This document shows positions 19,880-29,867 of a stretch of DNA of 55,914 nt, piece after piece. Where the stretch lies: the NCBI GenBank assembly GCA_008369845.1, contig MRSU01005508.1, positions 1-55,914 of the forward strand, in the 5' to 3' direction. The position numbers and the translations under genes are program-made. The stretch comes from Trichomonas gallinae (Eukaryota). Each line of letters opens with the position of its first letter. Positions within the stretch are counted from its first letter, which is position 1. Under the pieces are notes generated by a model that had not been told where the DNA came from, searched no databases, and saw nothing but the letters and a program-made list of their open reading frames with translations.

Positions 19880-21454
19880 TCAATACAAACCAAACTTAGT
19901 CATCGCTAAGTCAGAGTTAAGAGCTGTGATAACATCTGAGAGATATTCGTTCTCAACAACAGATTTAGTAGTAACTGTGGGCTCAAAATGCTTGTACAGT
20001 CTGAATCTCCTGAAGTATTTTCTCTTCAGAACCTTCTCTCTAAACTTCGTTGCCTTAATTTCGTTTTCTCTTGAGTTTCCAATAGTTCCATGCATAAATA
20101 GAGCGAAGGCACCAGTAAGCAAAGTTTTGTTGTAGTGCTCTTCAGCTCTGATGCTCTTCATAGCAACATAATGACGCCAAGCAGCGAAAACAGTGAATTC
20201 CAAAGATTTTTTGCGCTGAAGAATGGCCATATTCCTTTTTGTATCGACAGACTCTTGCGCCCTGACTACCCACTGCGTGAAGAATTTCTCTTTAAGGTGT
20301 GGATTGATGACATTCTCGCGAACTGAATTTATTAATCTCATGTCATCGCAAGCGCGCCAGGATATGTACCATCGGCCAAGAGCCCTGTAGATAGCGAAGC
20401 TTTGAGTAGAAGCAATGACCATTTTCTTTTTCTTCTGGAGATCGACAAATCTTTTCCATATTTCCATGTATTGTGATAAGAAAACACCCTGAACAGCAAC
20501 GATTCTTTCCTTCATCTTTCCAAATACACGTTTTTGAGCGTATTTCGCTGAGTTTTGACGAACTTGATAAAATTTCATCATTTCCGTTGTAAATTTTGCC
20601 CAGTTATTCACCATCTTCCTCGATCTCTTCTTCATAGAAATGCGCGCTTTACGGCGCCAAACAAGGAAAAATCGCACTTGAGTGAGTCGATCGTGTTCTA
20701 AATGAACAGCGACAGCTGCTGTGGATAGTTTTTGGGATAATTCGAAGTTTGCATTCCAGCGCTTGAAATATTGGAGCTTGTGATGATAGTTTGTTCTCAG
20801 TTTACGCGTTTGTGTTAAATATTTTTCGTACCAGAGTGAAAAACATGTATTTACCATCTTATTCTTGAATAAATTGGATACTGCTTGTTTCTTTTTCATG
20901 TCTCGCTTATGAGCAAGTTTGTTTTTCCATTTTTTGAAGAAAATCAATTTCTTAATTTTCGCTGAAGCTTTATTAATGCGTGTTGTTAACGAGAAAATCT
21001 GATGTTGCTTCTTCCAAGTAAGAAAACATCTCTTTGATGCTATTTTTCCTGATGCTTTCGTAGCTTTATTTTCGCAAATATATAATCTCCATTCTCTGAT
21101 GTAATTTCGAAGTAAATTAGCTTCATGTTCTTTCTTTTGAATACGAAATACGTACATTCTATGCCATTGATTGAAAATTTGTTGATAATGGTTTAATCTC
21201 TTGAATTGTGCTTTTGTTCTCCATTTCTGGAAAATATTCTGTGCATTTTTCCTATCAAATGTGATAAACGCGCCTATATCTCTCTCTAGAGTTTGAAAAT
21301 CCTCTGTTTCTGCGTATTCTTCGATTTGCGACGATTTTATTGGAATTCCGCATGTATAATACGACAATCCTCCAAAATCTATCAATATCGGATCTGATTT
21401 CACTGATGAGAGCTGCTCTAAGAGAGAACAAGCGTCTTCCCAAGAGTCTCCCAT
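19880..21454 (-). CDS. Sfi1-like centrin-binding repeat protein
   Basis: Basic helical protein with many periodic F/L-x-x-W motifs (IFQKWR, IFNQWH, CFLTWK, FFKKWK, CFSLWY, YFKRWN, FFLVWR, FFTQWV, VFAAWR). Confidence 0.75.
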   Translation of the reverse strand: MGDSWEDACSLLEQLSSVKSDPILIDFGGLSYYTCGIPIKSSQIEEYAETEDFQTLERDIGAFITFDRKNAQNIFQKWRTKAQFKRLNHYQQIFNQWHRMYVFRIQKKEHEANLLRNYIREWRLYICENKATKASGKIASKRCFLTWKKQHQIFSLTTRINKASAKIKKLIFFKKWKNKLAHKRDMKKKQAVSNLFKNKMVNTCFSLWYEKYLTQTRKLRTNYHHKLQYFKRWNANFELSQKLSTAAVAVHLEHDRLTQVRFFLVWRRKARISMKKRSRKMVNNWAKFTTEMMKFYQVRQNSAKYAQKRVFGKMKERIVAVQGVFLSQYMEIWKRFVDLQKKKKMVIASTQSFAIYRALGRWYISWRACDDMRLINSVRENVINPHLKEKFFTQWVVRAQESVDTKRNMAILQRKKSLEFTVFAAWRHYVAMKSIRAEEHYNKTLLTGAFALFMHGTIGNSRENEIKATKFREKVLKRKYFRRFRLYKHFEPTVTTKSVVENEYLSDVITALNSDLAMTKFGLY

Positions 21455-21477
21455 ATTAATCTTCTAAACGTGCAACT

Positions 21478-21562
21478 TTATAAAAGTGACAGTATAATAA
21501 AAATGACAAAATTATAAAAGTGACAAATTCATCAAAATAACAAAATTATAAAAGTGACGGAG
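21478..21562. repeat. 17-bp tandem repeat x5 (34-bp higher order) built on AAAGTGAC
   Basis: ttataaaagtgacagta / taataaaaatgacaaaa / ttataaaagtgacaaat / tcatcaaaataacaaaa / ttataaaagtgacggag. It begins 24 bp upstream of the Sfi1-like ATG. Confidence 0.9.
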
Positions 21563-22239
21563 GTTTTTAAGGTGATGTTGTCAAAAATTATAAATTTTAT
21601 GAAAATCGAATTGGAATAAGTCATTCAATAGCTATATCCAATTCTTCCATATAAATAAGTAGCATACGGAAATAATGTCCATATATAACAACTAGAAAAT
21701 GCGTTTAATACTTGTTTTTCATCAAGAACAATAATTTAGTTTTAAAAATCTGACATTTTCACTTTACATGAGAAAAAATATAAACATTCCTCCCCATGCC
21801 AGAACGAGAATTATATTGGTGAGGGGAAGTGGAAATCTTATCCTCCACTGGGTGAACTATAGTAGGATTATTATATATTTCTTGTACTAGGGCTGTATTT
21901 CAGCAATGACAGAATTTCAAAATTTTTGACATGTAATTTGACAAAGATATCAATTGATATTCGACTATCTTCATTTGAGGATTTTTTTTCTTATCGATAA
22001 TGTATGAAATTACTAGTGTTACTGAAATTATTACATTCTATATATCAATATATTTCAGAATTAGAGAATAAAATAATGTTTTTGTTTTTGGTATAAAATT
22101 ATCATAATATTTTCGACCAATTTTATTAAATTTGAATTTATTAAACTAAAGTATGTCCAAATATCGAATAAAAGTAGAGTGAATGTAAATTGCGTTAAGT
22201 GTCACCTTTTCAGTTTTTTAACGCAAATTTTTTAAAAAA

Positions 22240-23193
22240 ATGTCGAAAACAAAGGGACGCGCTCCAATCCATGTCTGCTCACTCTCAATGAGCCCACTTA
22301 CAGCTGTCCAGAAGGACATGAAGGAGGTCGAGAAGCAGTACTACGCTCTCTCTCCAGAACAGAGAGAAAAGGATGTAGCTATGAATGATAAAATTAACCG
22401 CCTTCGCTGGGTCCAGCTCTCTATCGAATACAACCGTCAAATTCAGCTTCAGTATGTTTACCAGCATCTTGGAGATAAAGGAAACAACCCAAGATTCCGC
22501 CAAGTTCGTATGAAACCACTCTTCAAGGCCTGGAAGCGCGAAATTCTCCGCCAGAAGTGGCAGGAGGTCCGCAAGGCCGTTGATACAAAGGCATTAGATC
22601 AGCGCCTTACAAGGAAATTCGATGCGTTCTCCGCACAGAGAGCTGAGCTTGCTGCCCGCTCTATCGCTCGCGGGGACTACATGGAAGACCCACCACTCAA
22701 GGGTCTTATCGACTTTACTGGACCACTTGCTGCACTTAATGCTTTCCAGACACCAGAATCCAACCAAACAGACTTCTACAACAAGGGCTATGACTACATC
22801 CAGTCTTCAGCTGTTAACACAATTTCTGAAATCCCAACAACAGAAGCAGGCATCGAAGATCCAATCGGAAACGAGGAAATCAAACAGCGCTTAATGAGCC
22901 GCGGCCTCAAGATCCAGGATGAATTAGTTGAAATGCCAGATGCTGAAGAAGAAATTAAGAAGAATCAAGAGATGCAGAGAGAACGCGCCCAAAAAAAAGA
23001 TTCTGGTTCTTCTGATAATAAATCAGGAGGTTCGAAGACATTCATATTCATCCTTATCATAGTTGGTATTGCTATTGCTGCAGCTGCCGCATTTATCTTT
23101 ATCTCAAGATCAAGGGCAGAAGCTCGTAGAATTGCAGAGCTCAAGTGCCAGACACCAACACCAGCTCCAAAGAAAGGTTGGTTAAGAAAGTAA
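22240..23193 (+). CDS. Hypothetical protein with C-terminal transmembrane anchor
   Basis: 317-aa ORF with no signal peptide and a single TM (FIFILIIVGIAIAAAAAFIFI) followed by a basic tail ending KKGWLRK. Codon bias (AAG/TTC/CGC) is typical of well-expressed genes. Confidence 0.88.
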   Translation: MSKTKGRAPIHVCSLSMSPLTAVQKDMKEVEKQYYALSPEQREKDVAMNDKINRLRWVQLSIEYNRQIQLQYVYQHLGDKGNNPRFRQVRMKPLFKAWKREILRQKWQEVRKAVDTKALDQRLTRKFDAFSAQRAELAARSIARGDYMEDPPLKGLIDFTGPLAALNAFQTPESNQTDFYNKGYDYIQSSAVNTISEIPTTEAGIEDPIGNEEIKQRLMSRGLKIQDELVEMPDAEEEIKKNQEMQRERAQKKDSGSSDNKSGGSKTFIFILIIVGIAIAAAAAFIFISRSRAEARRIAELKCQTPTPAPKKGWLRK

Positions 23194-23896
23194 AAATTAT
23201 TTAATTTCCGTTATTTTGAAAATGCAAATTTATTTGATCAAATCATATATAGCTTCAATTATATTTTACATATAACAACTTAGACCTATATCATTTAAAA
23301 GTATATTTTGAAATTCAAAATATTTTTCAGAAAATTATCATTATTGGCAAATAAGAATGGAATAAACGTATTATATTACCAAAATTATGAATATTCTCCA
23401 TTATAAATATTTTCAGAACAAGAATATAAAAAAATGAAAAAATATGAATTTAGTGTTGTTAAAATTTTAATGCAGGAAATACAAAATTAGAAACGAAAAT
23501 AAGTATTATGATCCAAAATGTTTCGTTTTAGGCAATGCTTGACTGTAAAACTGTAAAAAAATGTTTATAAATTTACCACCAAGATTTCTGATTTGTCTGT
23601 CAAATTAGCAATTATAGTAAATCCATATCCGTATGACACTATATAATCTGTTTCCAACAGAATAATCAAGTGGCAGTCATAAATGTAAAAAAAATTCCGA
23701 AAATTTGGAAGAAAATTCGAACAAAACATAAAAATATAAAATCTATACACTCTATAGAATGTAGTAACAGTGTGAAGAGGACGGATATAACAATTGAAGT
23801 CACCTATGGAAAAACGTCATTTATCGGAAAAGTGACAACTTTTTTACACGAATAAAAATTGGGCGGTTTTTGTAAAATTAATTTTTTAATTCACAG

Positions 23897-24664
23897 ATGG
23901 CGAACTTTAAGATTCCGTCACATGACGACATCCAGATGGTTCTTGACTACATCAAGATCATCCTCCCATCCCCAATCCTCATCTTCTCGATCGTTTGCTT
24001 CCTTAGAATGAACGAAGTCCAGAAGACATTGTCTTTCTTGACCATTCTCCTCTCCATTTACCACGGCGTCAACATCTATGAGGCTATCAATGGCTCAAAG
24101 ATGAACACAGACCCAATTTACAAGAGAATTTGGCTTTCTTTCGACCTCCACCTCTTAGTTTTCATCTTCGCTGTTAGAATCTCTGGCCTCCGTCCAATCC
24201 TCTTCTTCGTCGATATCATCGTCATCGAATTCATCTATTTCATCAAAGTTATCCACGATCACCTCGCTCCACGCCTTCAGGACGTCAAGGAACCAATCCA
24301 GAACTTCTGCAAGGCCTGCATCAAGAACGAATTGATCAGGAAGTGCCGCGCTGTTATGGAAATTGTTCTTATCCCATACTTCTTCTTTGCCAGCCTCTTC
24401 ACACTCAGATCCGAGGTCTTCATCGCCTTCCTCTTCTACTTATTGGGCTATGCCGCCTTCATGCTCGTCTACGATTACTACCACATGTGGGCATGGCACG
24501 AGCTTCGTGAGAACCTTATCAAGATAGTCTGCAAGTATGTCCCAGACAACCAGGACAAGATTCTCAACGTCCTTGACAACTTCAAGCAGGTTCCAGATTA
24601 CGTTAGAAAGGTTTATCCAATCCCAGCTAGCTTCATTGACACAATTAAGCTCCATATGGAATAA
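23897..24664 (+). CDS. Multi-pass membrane protein, TMEM33/Pom33-like
   Basis: About 255 aa with several hydrophobic hairpins. AVMEIVLIPY...IAFLFY...AWHELRENL resembles the TMEM33 C-terminal EIFLMP...FIYY...FNELR region. Upstream AAAGTGAC and GCGGTT words; strong codon bias. The CDS is secure, the family call tentative. Confidence 0.6.
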   Translation: MANFKIPSHDDIQMVLDYIKIILPSPILIFSIVCFLRMNEVQKTLSFLTILLSIYHGVNIYEAINGSKMNTDPIYKRIWLSFDLHLLVFIFAVRISGLRPILFFVDIIVIEFIYFIKVIHDHLAPRLQDVKEPIQNFCKACIKNELIRKCRAVMEIVLIPYFFFASLFTLRSEVFIAFLFYLLGYAAFMLVYDYYHMWAWHELRENLIKIVCKYVPDNQDKILNVLDNFKQVPDYVRKVYPIPASFIDTIKLHME

Positions 24665-24796
24665 ACAAAAAGATTTGCTTGTTAAATTTGTCTAATATTA
24701 CTATAATATAATATTATCGAAAAAATCAGTTTTGACATATAATATCTTCATAATTTCTTATAATATGGGGGTTTTTGTGTTATATTACCAAAAAAT

Positions 24797-26191
24797 CTAA
24801 AATAATTGTGAAATTGTCGAAATCAGCACAGAGGCCTCTGCAATTCTATTGGCATCAATTTCATCGAGTACATCCATCAGATCTTCGCCAAATAAGTCAA
24901 TAACTGAACGAATTGTATCTATTTGAAGTCCAGAATTGATAAAATTGAGCATAGACATGCAAAAATACTTTTGAAGCTCTTTATTAGCTGAAATTAGGTC
25001 CAAAAGCTCAAATAATTTTTCATTTTGGGATAATTCAATCAAAAAATTAAAATTGCCCTGGTAAAGAAATGCTAAGAACAGTCGCATTATATCAAGTTTC
25101 AGTCTAAAATCGCATGAATCAATCAAATGTATCATAATACCACAAATATTTTGCGAAATTTCATTTGCAATTTCCTGATTGTCAACGCATAGATTATTAA
25201 GCAATTTTAGGCAATACAAAGCTTGAGGATCAAATGGTTGTTCGCTGAATATTTCAATTATTCGTTCAATTGGAATTGATTTTAATAAAAGCCTATATTC
25301 GTTACTTTGACTTGGCAATATGTTTGTTATGTTCACATTAATAGAGAGAATGGCTTTCCACAATAAAGAAAATCTTGGATCATTCAAAATCTGATTAAAA
25401 TTGTTCATTATTTCAGACTCGATTACTAATTTCGAATATGGCTCTGATTTAGATATTACATCTGCGAAAACACTCAAAATAGCTTGAATATTATCTAAAT
25501 TCTGCGAAACATCTTGATCTAGTTTAGAAAGCATTTCAAAATAATATAATACTATCAATTTAGCGAGTTCTTCATCAATTGGTGATTGCAGTACTGCTTT
25601 TAAGAAATGAAAAATTTGATTTAATCTTGCTTGTTCAACTTCTGTTAATTCATTTGAACTAAATTTCTCAATTGTATTTTCAATGAAATGTGAAGTCTGA
25701 AATATCTGCAAAGTTTCATGATTTTGATTCAAAATTCCAATCAATCTTAAAATATTTCCAGTTTCATCAGCATCACCTATATCTACATACTGAAAGCAGA
25801 ATGTGAATATGTCATTATCAATGAATTGCTGATGAAAATTAATATCTTGAGCAAATATTTGAAGTAAAATCCAAAGATTCTTTAATAATTCTTTGTATAG
25901 ATCATCTGTATAGTTATTTACATATATTGATGTAATGAATCCAAGTATATTTTGAATCAAATTTTCATGCTCAATAATATTGAACAAATTCTGTAGTACA
26001 ATGATTCTTTCTATAAGTTCATCAAGAATCTTTAAGCAATTTTGATGATTACCGTTTAAAAATGTTGTGAAAAATATTTGAAAATGTTCTTGTATTGAAT
26101 AATCCACTTCAATATATCCATTGACTGCAGATGTATCTCTTTCGCTTAGATTTTTGCAAATAAGTATCAAAGAATCTGTATTTTTGGACAT
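24797..26191 (-). CDS. ARM/HEAT-like helical repeat protein
   Basis: 464-aa Leu/Ile-rich helical ORF with ARM-like segments (ALYCLKLLNNLCVDNQEIANEI, LIDSCDFRLKLDIMRLF). Confidence 0.7.
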   Translation of the reverse strand: MSKNTDSLILICKNLSERDTSAVNGYIEVDYSIQEHFQIFFTTFLNGNHQNCLKILDELIERIIVLQNLFNIIEHENLIQNILGFITSIYVNNYTDDLYKELLKNLWILLQIFAQDINFHQQFIDNDIFTFCFQYVDIGDADETGNILRLIGILNQNHETLQIFQTSHFIENTIEKFSSNELTEVEQARLNQIFHFLKAVLQSPIDEELAKLIVLYYFEMLSKLDQDVSQNLDNIQAILSVFADVISKSEPYSKLVIESEIMNNFNQILNDPRFSLLWKAILSINVNITNILPSQSNEYRLLLKSIPIERIIEIFSEQPFDPQALYCLKLLNNLCVDNQEIANEISQNICGIMIHLIDSCDFRLKLDIMRLFLAFLYQGNFNFLIELSQNEKLFELLDLISANKELQKYFCMSMLNFINSGLQIDTIRSVIDLFGEDLMDVLDEIDANRIAEASVLISTISQLF

Positions 26192-26240
26192 TTTAAATTT
26201 AACCCCTGTATATTTTTATCAGACCCTTGTTTGTATTTTG
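26192..26240. promoter_or_regulatory. 49-bp bidirectional promoter/5' UTR interval
   Basis: Head-to-head ATGs at 26191 (-) and 26241 (+). The interval contains TAACCCCTGT and ACCCTTGT. Confidence 0.6.
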
Positions 26241-28061
26241 ATGGCTTCAAATCCTGTTGTGATTGAAATTACAACAGACTCTGAAGACGAAAATAACATC
26301 AAACTTTCAGATAAATCTTTCCATCAAGTTTTGGATACAATTGATTGTAGCGATGAATTTTTATTTCCTGAAATTGGAGCAATTGTTTATACAAGCTTCG
26401 AAAATGCGCTACTAGCTGTAATAATAGAAAATGCAGACCAATATAATACAATTTCATATGAAGATCTTGTTAATAAATCAATTGGCATATGGTACATTGA
26501 TTTAAATCTTGATTATCGACAAATTACACAACTTGTTCTCAAAATAGAGCTATCTAAGCAGTCTTTTAAAAAATTCAACTTTATTCAAATTACAAAAAAT
26601 GAAATTACAGCAGAGCTACTAAAAATTCCACAACATTTCTATTTCAAATACAATAAAAATCACAGATCTTTGAAATCTATAATAAATTTCACGTTACAAA
26701 CAAATGAAAAATATATTGACGCTGATGTTAACGAATTATGCAAAGATTTATACGGAAAATACTTTTATGATGGACTATTGTCAACATCATTGATATCAGG
26801 TTCCTTAAAACCAATTATTAGATATCTCGTCTCAATATCTCCAAATTATTCTCTAAATCGGAAAAATATAGAAAGAAGAGATACAAGTTCTGCAGTATAT
26901 GATGATGAAGAGATGCAAGAACTATATAATTTAATTAAAACATATAATAGATTTGAACCAATGTATTATGTTGACTTAATGAATCTTGCACATTATTATT
27001 CGCTTTTCCTATATATAACAGATGCAGAAGAATTCATGAAAATGTTTTTATCTCAAGAAAATACTTTTCGATATAATAATTTTATTGGATTTAAGCGACA
27101 TTCATCATACTATTCCACAGAAAAATACGAAATAGAACATCCTGAACTTAATAAAAAGATAGTTGCGTGCTTTCCTAGATTTTCATTAGAAGATATCAAT
27201 ATTACAGATATTAAAGCCGATGATTTAGTCAATAATCCTGCTATTTATCACATACCTCAAAACAATTATGTTATTATCCCTGATCAATTTTTTATTGCAA
27301 TTTATGGACCATTATTTATCAATGATTTCGCTGTAAAAATAACAAATCAAATGATTGAAACAGGAAACTATGAAGTAACAGACAATTTGATCAAAAATTG
27401 CGCAAATTTAATTATTCCAGCAGATTCCAAAATATTAAGTCAAATCAAAGATATAGATAATGATAGATTATATGAATATCTCACAGGAATGATGACAATT
27501 CCAGATGAAGAACAAAATTCAGATGAATCCAAAGATGCTGATAAAGATTCAGCTTATGTCGATAAATTCAAGGAAGATGAAAAAGATTCAAGTGATTACG
27601 ATATGTTTGATCTTAAACCTAAAAAAACACGAAAAAAGAAAACCATAAAACAAAAATCTTCAAAAACTCCAAAGAAATTTATGAATAGAAGGTTCATTAT
27701 TCCTTTTGATTACATGAAAAAAATTTTTCCAGATCCAAAAATTGATGGTACAACGGATTGTATAAAACCGATGCTGGTTCAATACCCAATGCAGGATGAA
27801 CTTAGTTTGTTTGTAAAACATAGCGATAATAAGAAAATTGTTGAAATAACGGAACCTCAAAATCAAATAACTGATGAAAAAGCCGAACAATGTAAGCCAA
27901 CTCTTATTGAAGCTTTGAGAGAACTAAAGGAAAAACACAAGTTTTCTGTTGATTGGGCAATCAAGCACTTATATCCATTATATGGCCAAAACATGCAGAT
28001 TGATGTATTCATCCGACATGTGTGGAAAACACTAGGTATCCTGGAAATTCAAAAGAAATGA
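26241..28061 (+). CDS. Hypothetical protein (~606 aa), probably nuclear
   Basis: First ATG is at 26241 (the track start 26121 is a TTG overlapping the neighbour). An acidic tract is followed by an NLS-like KPKKTRKKK. Confidence 0.8.
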   Translation: MASNPVVIEITTDSEDENNIKLSDKSFHQVLDTIDCSDEFLFPEIGAIVYTSFENALLAVIIENADQYNTISYEDLVNKSIGIWYIDLNLDYRQITQLVLKIELSKQSFKKFNFIQITKNEITAELLKIPQHFYFKYNKNHRSLKSIINFTLQTNEKYIDADVNELCKDLYGKYFYDGLLSTSLISGSLKPIIRYLVSISPNYSLNRKNIERRDTSSAVYDDEEMQELYNLIKTYNRFEPMYYVDLMNLAHYYSLFLYITDAEEFMKMFLSQENTFRYNNFIGFKRHSSYYSTEKYEIEHPELNKKIVACFPRFSLEDINITDIKADDLVNNPAIYHIPQNNYVIIPDQFFIAIYGPLFINDFAVKITNQMIETGNYEVTDNLIKNCANLIIPADSKILSQIKDIDNDRLYEYLTGMMTIPDEEQNSDESKDADKDSAYVDKFKEDEKDSSDYDMFDLKPKKTRKKKTIKQKSSKTPKKFMNRRFIIPFDYMKKIFPDPKIDGTTDCIKPMLVQYPMQDELSLFVKHSDNKKIVEITEPQNQITDEKAEQCKPTLIEALRELKEKHKFSVDWAIKHLYPLYGQNMQIDVFIRHVWKTLGILEIQKK

Positions 28062-28164
28062 TTAATTCATATCCTATTTGTTTTAATTTTAAATTATGTT
28101 GTTTTATTTTTTGTATAATTGCAGCATTACATATATAATTAATTATCAATTTGAGACTGTTGAT

Positions 28165-28490
28165 CAACATTAACTGAAGCATAGCACAAAGTTGTTCAAT
28201 TGCTGTCGTCATTTGAGTTGGCTTCTATTCCAGGAACTTTGAGAATGAATTGAACAACTTCATGATGACCTTCTAATGAAGCCCAAATCAATAAAGCTTG
28301 CTTACATCTTTTGCATTGACTTCTATACCATAATCTGCGTGAAGGAATTTGACATTTGCAAAATGGTCATTATCTGAATCTCTAATCAAAGTTATATTGT
28401 TGTTTTCGTCTCTTAAGTTAATGTCAAAGCTAAATTCAATCAAAAGATGAACCAAGTTTTGGTTCTATCATAAGCTGCTTTAATGTGTCA
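28165..28490 (-). pseudogene. Short ankyrin-repeat gene relic
   Basis: Manual translation gives LVHLLIEFSFDINLRDENNNITLIRDSDNDHFANVKFLHADYGIEVNAKD / LLIWASLEGHHEVVQFILKVPGIEANSNDDSN*TTLCYAS, with frameshifts and a stop. Confidence 0.8.
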
Positions 28491-28655
28491 TGTGAACAAA
28501 TTTCACTCTGATTTAATAATTTCAATTAACTTCTTAGTTTGTTACCTGATATTTTAAAAAAAAAAAAATTAATAATATTTTCATAATCAAAACTTTTGCA
28601 GACTTTATCGGTATTAGTAAAATAATATAATAAAAAAATCACTGTGTAAACTGAA

Positions 28656-29867
28656 TTAAAGTTCATCGAACTGTCCCTTGATATACTTCCTACGAAGACG
28701 AGCTTCCTGGTTACGACGAGCAATGAAGTAGTCCTTCTCAGACTCACCTTTGCCATCCTCGAATGTATCTGGATCGTGGTGGTTCTCCATGTCTCTGTCT
28801 CTTCTGATATTTTCTAATTCTTGAGCTTTAGCTTCACGTCTGTTCTTTTCATCGAAGCTGTGGACTTCATCGAGCTTATAGCGGAGGAAGTCTTCTTCAA
28901 GGATTTCGCGAGCTTCTGTCTCATTATCTGTAACAAGGAAGTTATCGAAGAGAGAGCCTGGGCAAGACTGGAAGAATTCAAGGCCGATGTACTTGAGGGA
29001 GTTGAAGTGGCCGAAGATTTCGACATCTGGCTGCCACGGGCCCTTGTAATTTGGATTCTTGATCATCTTCTGCTGCCAAACGCCCTGATACTTAGGGTTA
29101 ACGATAAGTGGGGCCTCCCATGGATGGATTGAGTCATCCCAATCGATTGGCTTGACTGCATCTGGATCTGGAATATATTCTTCATCAGCCCAATCATCTG
29201 GTTTCTTGTCATTTGGATCTAAAATGAACTCCTCATCATCCCAATCCTCTGGCTTTGGCTCCATTGTCTGTGAATCTTCTGGGATATCAAATCTATCAGC
29301 AAGGTTGGCCTGATCAATTGGCTCACCATCAATATCGACTTCATATGTATTGTTAGCGCGAATAATAAGTGTGTAAGAGTGAGAAAGATGATCTTTGATG
29401 CAGTTGAGTGGACGAAGTGTTGGATATTCAGCTCCTTTGTAGCGAATGATAACATGTGTCCTACGGAATGTAGCACCACAGATATCTGGGCCGAACATGA
29501 GCTCGTATTTTGTATTGTTTGAAAATGTCCATGTATCTGCACTCTTGTCAAGGAGTTTGATGTATTGGCCTGAGCAATCGACGTTGTAATTAATTCTAAC
29601 TGTGTATTGAACGATAAGATCTTTGTTTCTTGTATCCATGACTTTAGAGAAGTTTGATGTTAAAAGATAGTTTCTACGTGTATCCATTGTTTCCATACCT
29701 CTCCATTTGGCTTCCTGGCCCCAGAAATCGCCAATCGAAGTTCTAACTTTACCTAATTGGACGCCTTTTCTTACTTTTCCTGGTTTCTGCCAGCGACTAA
29801 GACTGTAGTCATCGAAATTTTCTTGAAAATAAATGCGCGAAGCACCAAAAGCAAAGAAAACAAACAT
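28656..29867 (-). CDS. Calreticulin-family ER protein
   Basis: IYFQENFD, CSGQYIKLL, MFGPDICG, HSYTLII, P-domain repeats KPEDWD/KPDDW/KPIDWD and INPKY-type repeats, GSLFDNF, C-terminal FDEL. Signal peptide from ATG 29867. Confidence 0.93.
   Translation of the reverse strand: MFVFFAFGASRIYFQENFDDYSLSRWQKPGKVRKGVQLGKVRTSIGDFWGQEAKWRGMETMDTRRNYLLTSNFSKVMDTRNKDLIVQYTVRINYNVDCSGQYIKLLDKSADTWTFSNNTKYELMFGPDICGATFRRTHVIIRYKGAEYPTLRPLNCIKDHLSHSYTLIIRANNTYEVDIDGEPIDQANLADRFDIPEDSQTMEPKPEDWDDEEFILDPNDKKPDDWADEEYIPDPDAVKPIDWDDSIHPWEAPLIVNPKYQGVWQQKMIKNPNYKGPWQPDVEIFGHFNSLKYIGLEFFQSCPGSLFDNFLVTDNETEAREILEEDFLRYKLDEVHSFDEKNRREAKAQELENIRRDRDMENHHDPDTFEDGKGESEKDYFIARRNQEARLRRKYIKGQFDEL

Noticed and set aside
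26121..26240. Overlap between the 646-aa plus ORF and the 464-aa minus ORF
   Set aside because: An artefact of a TTG start in the track. The first ATG is 26241, so there is no overlap.
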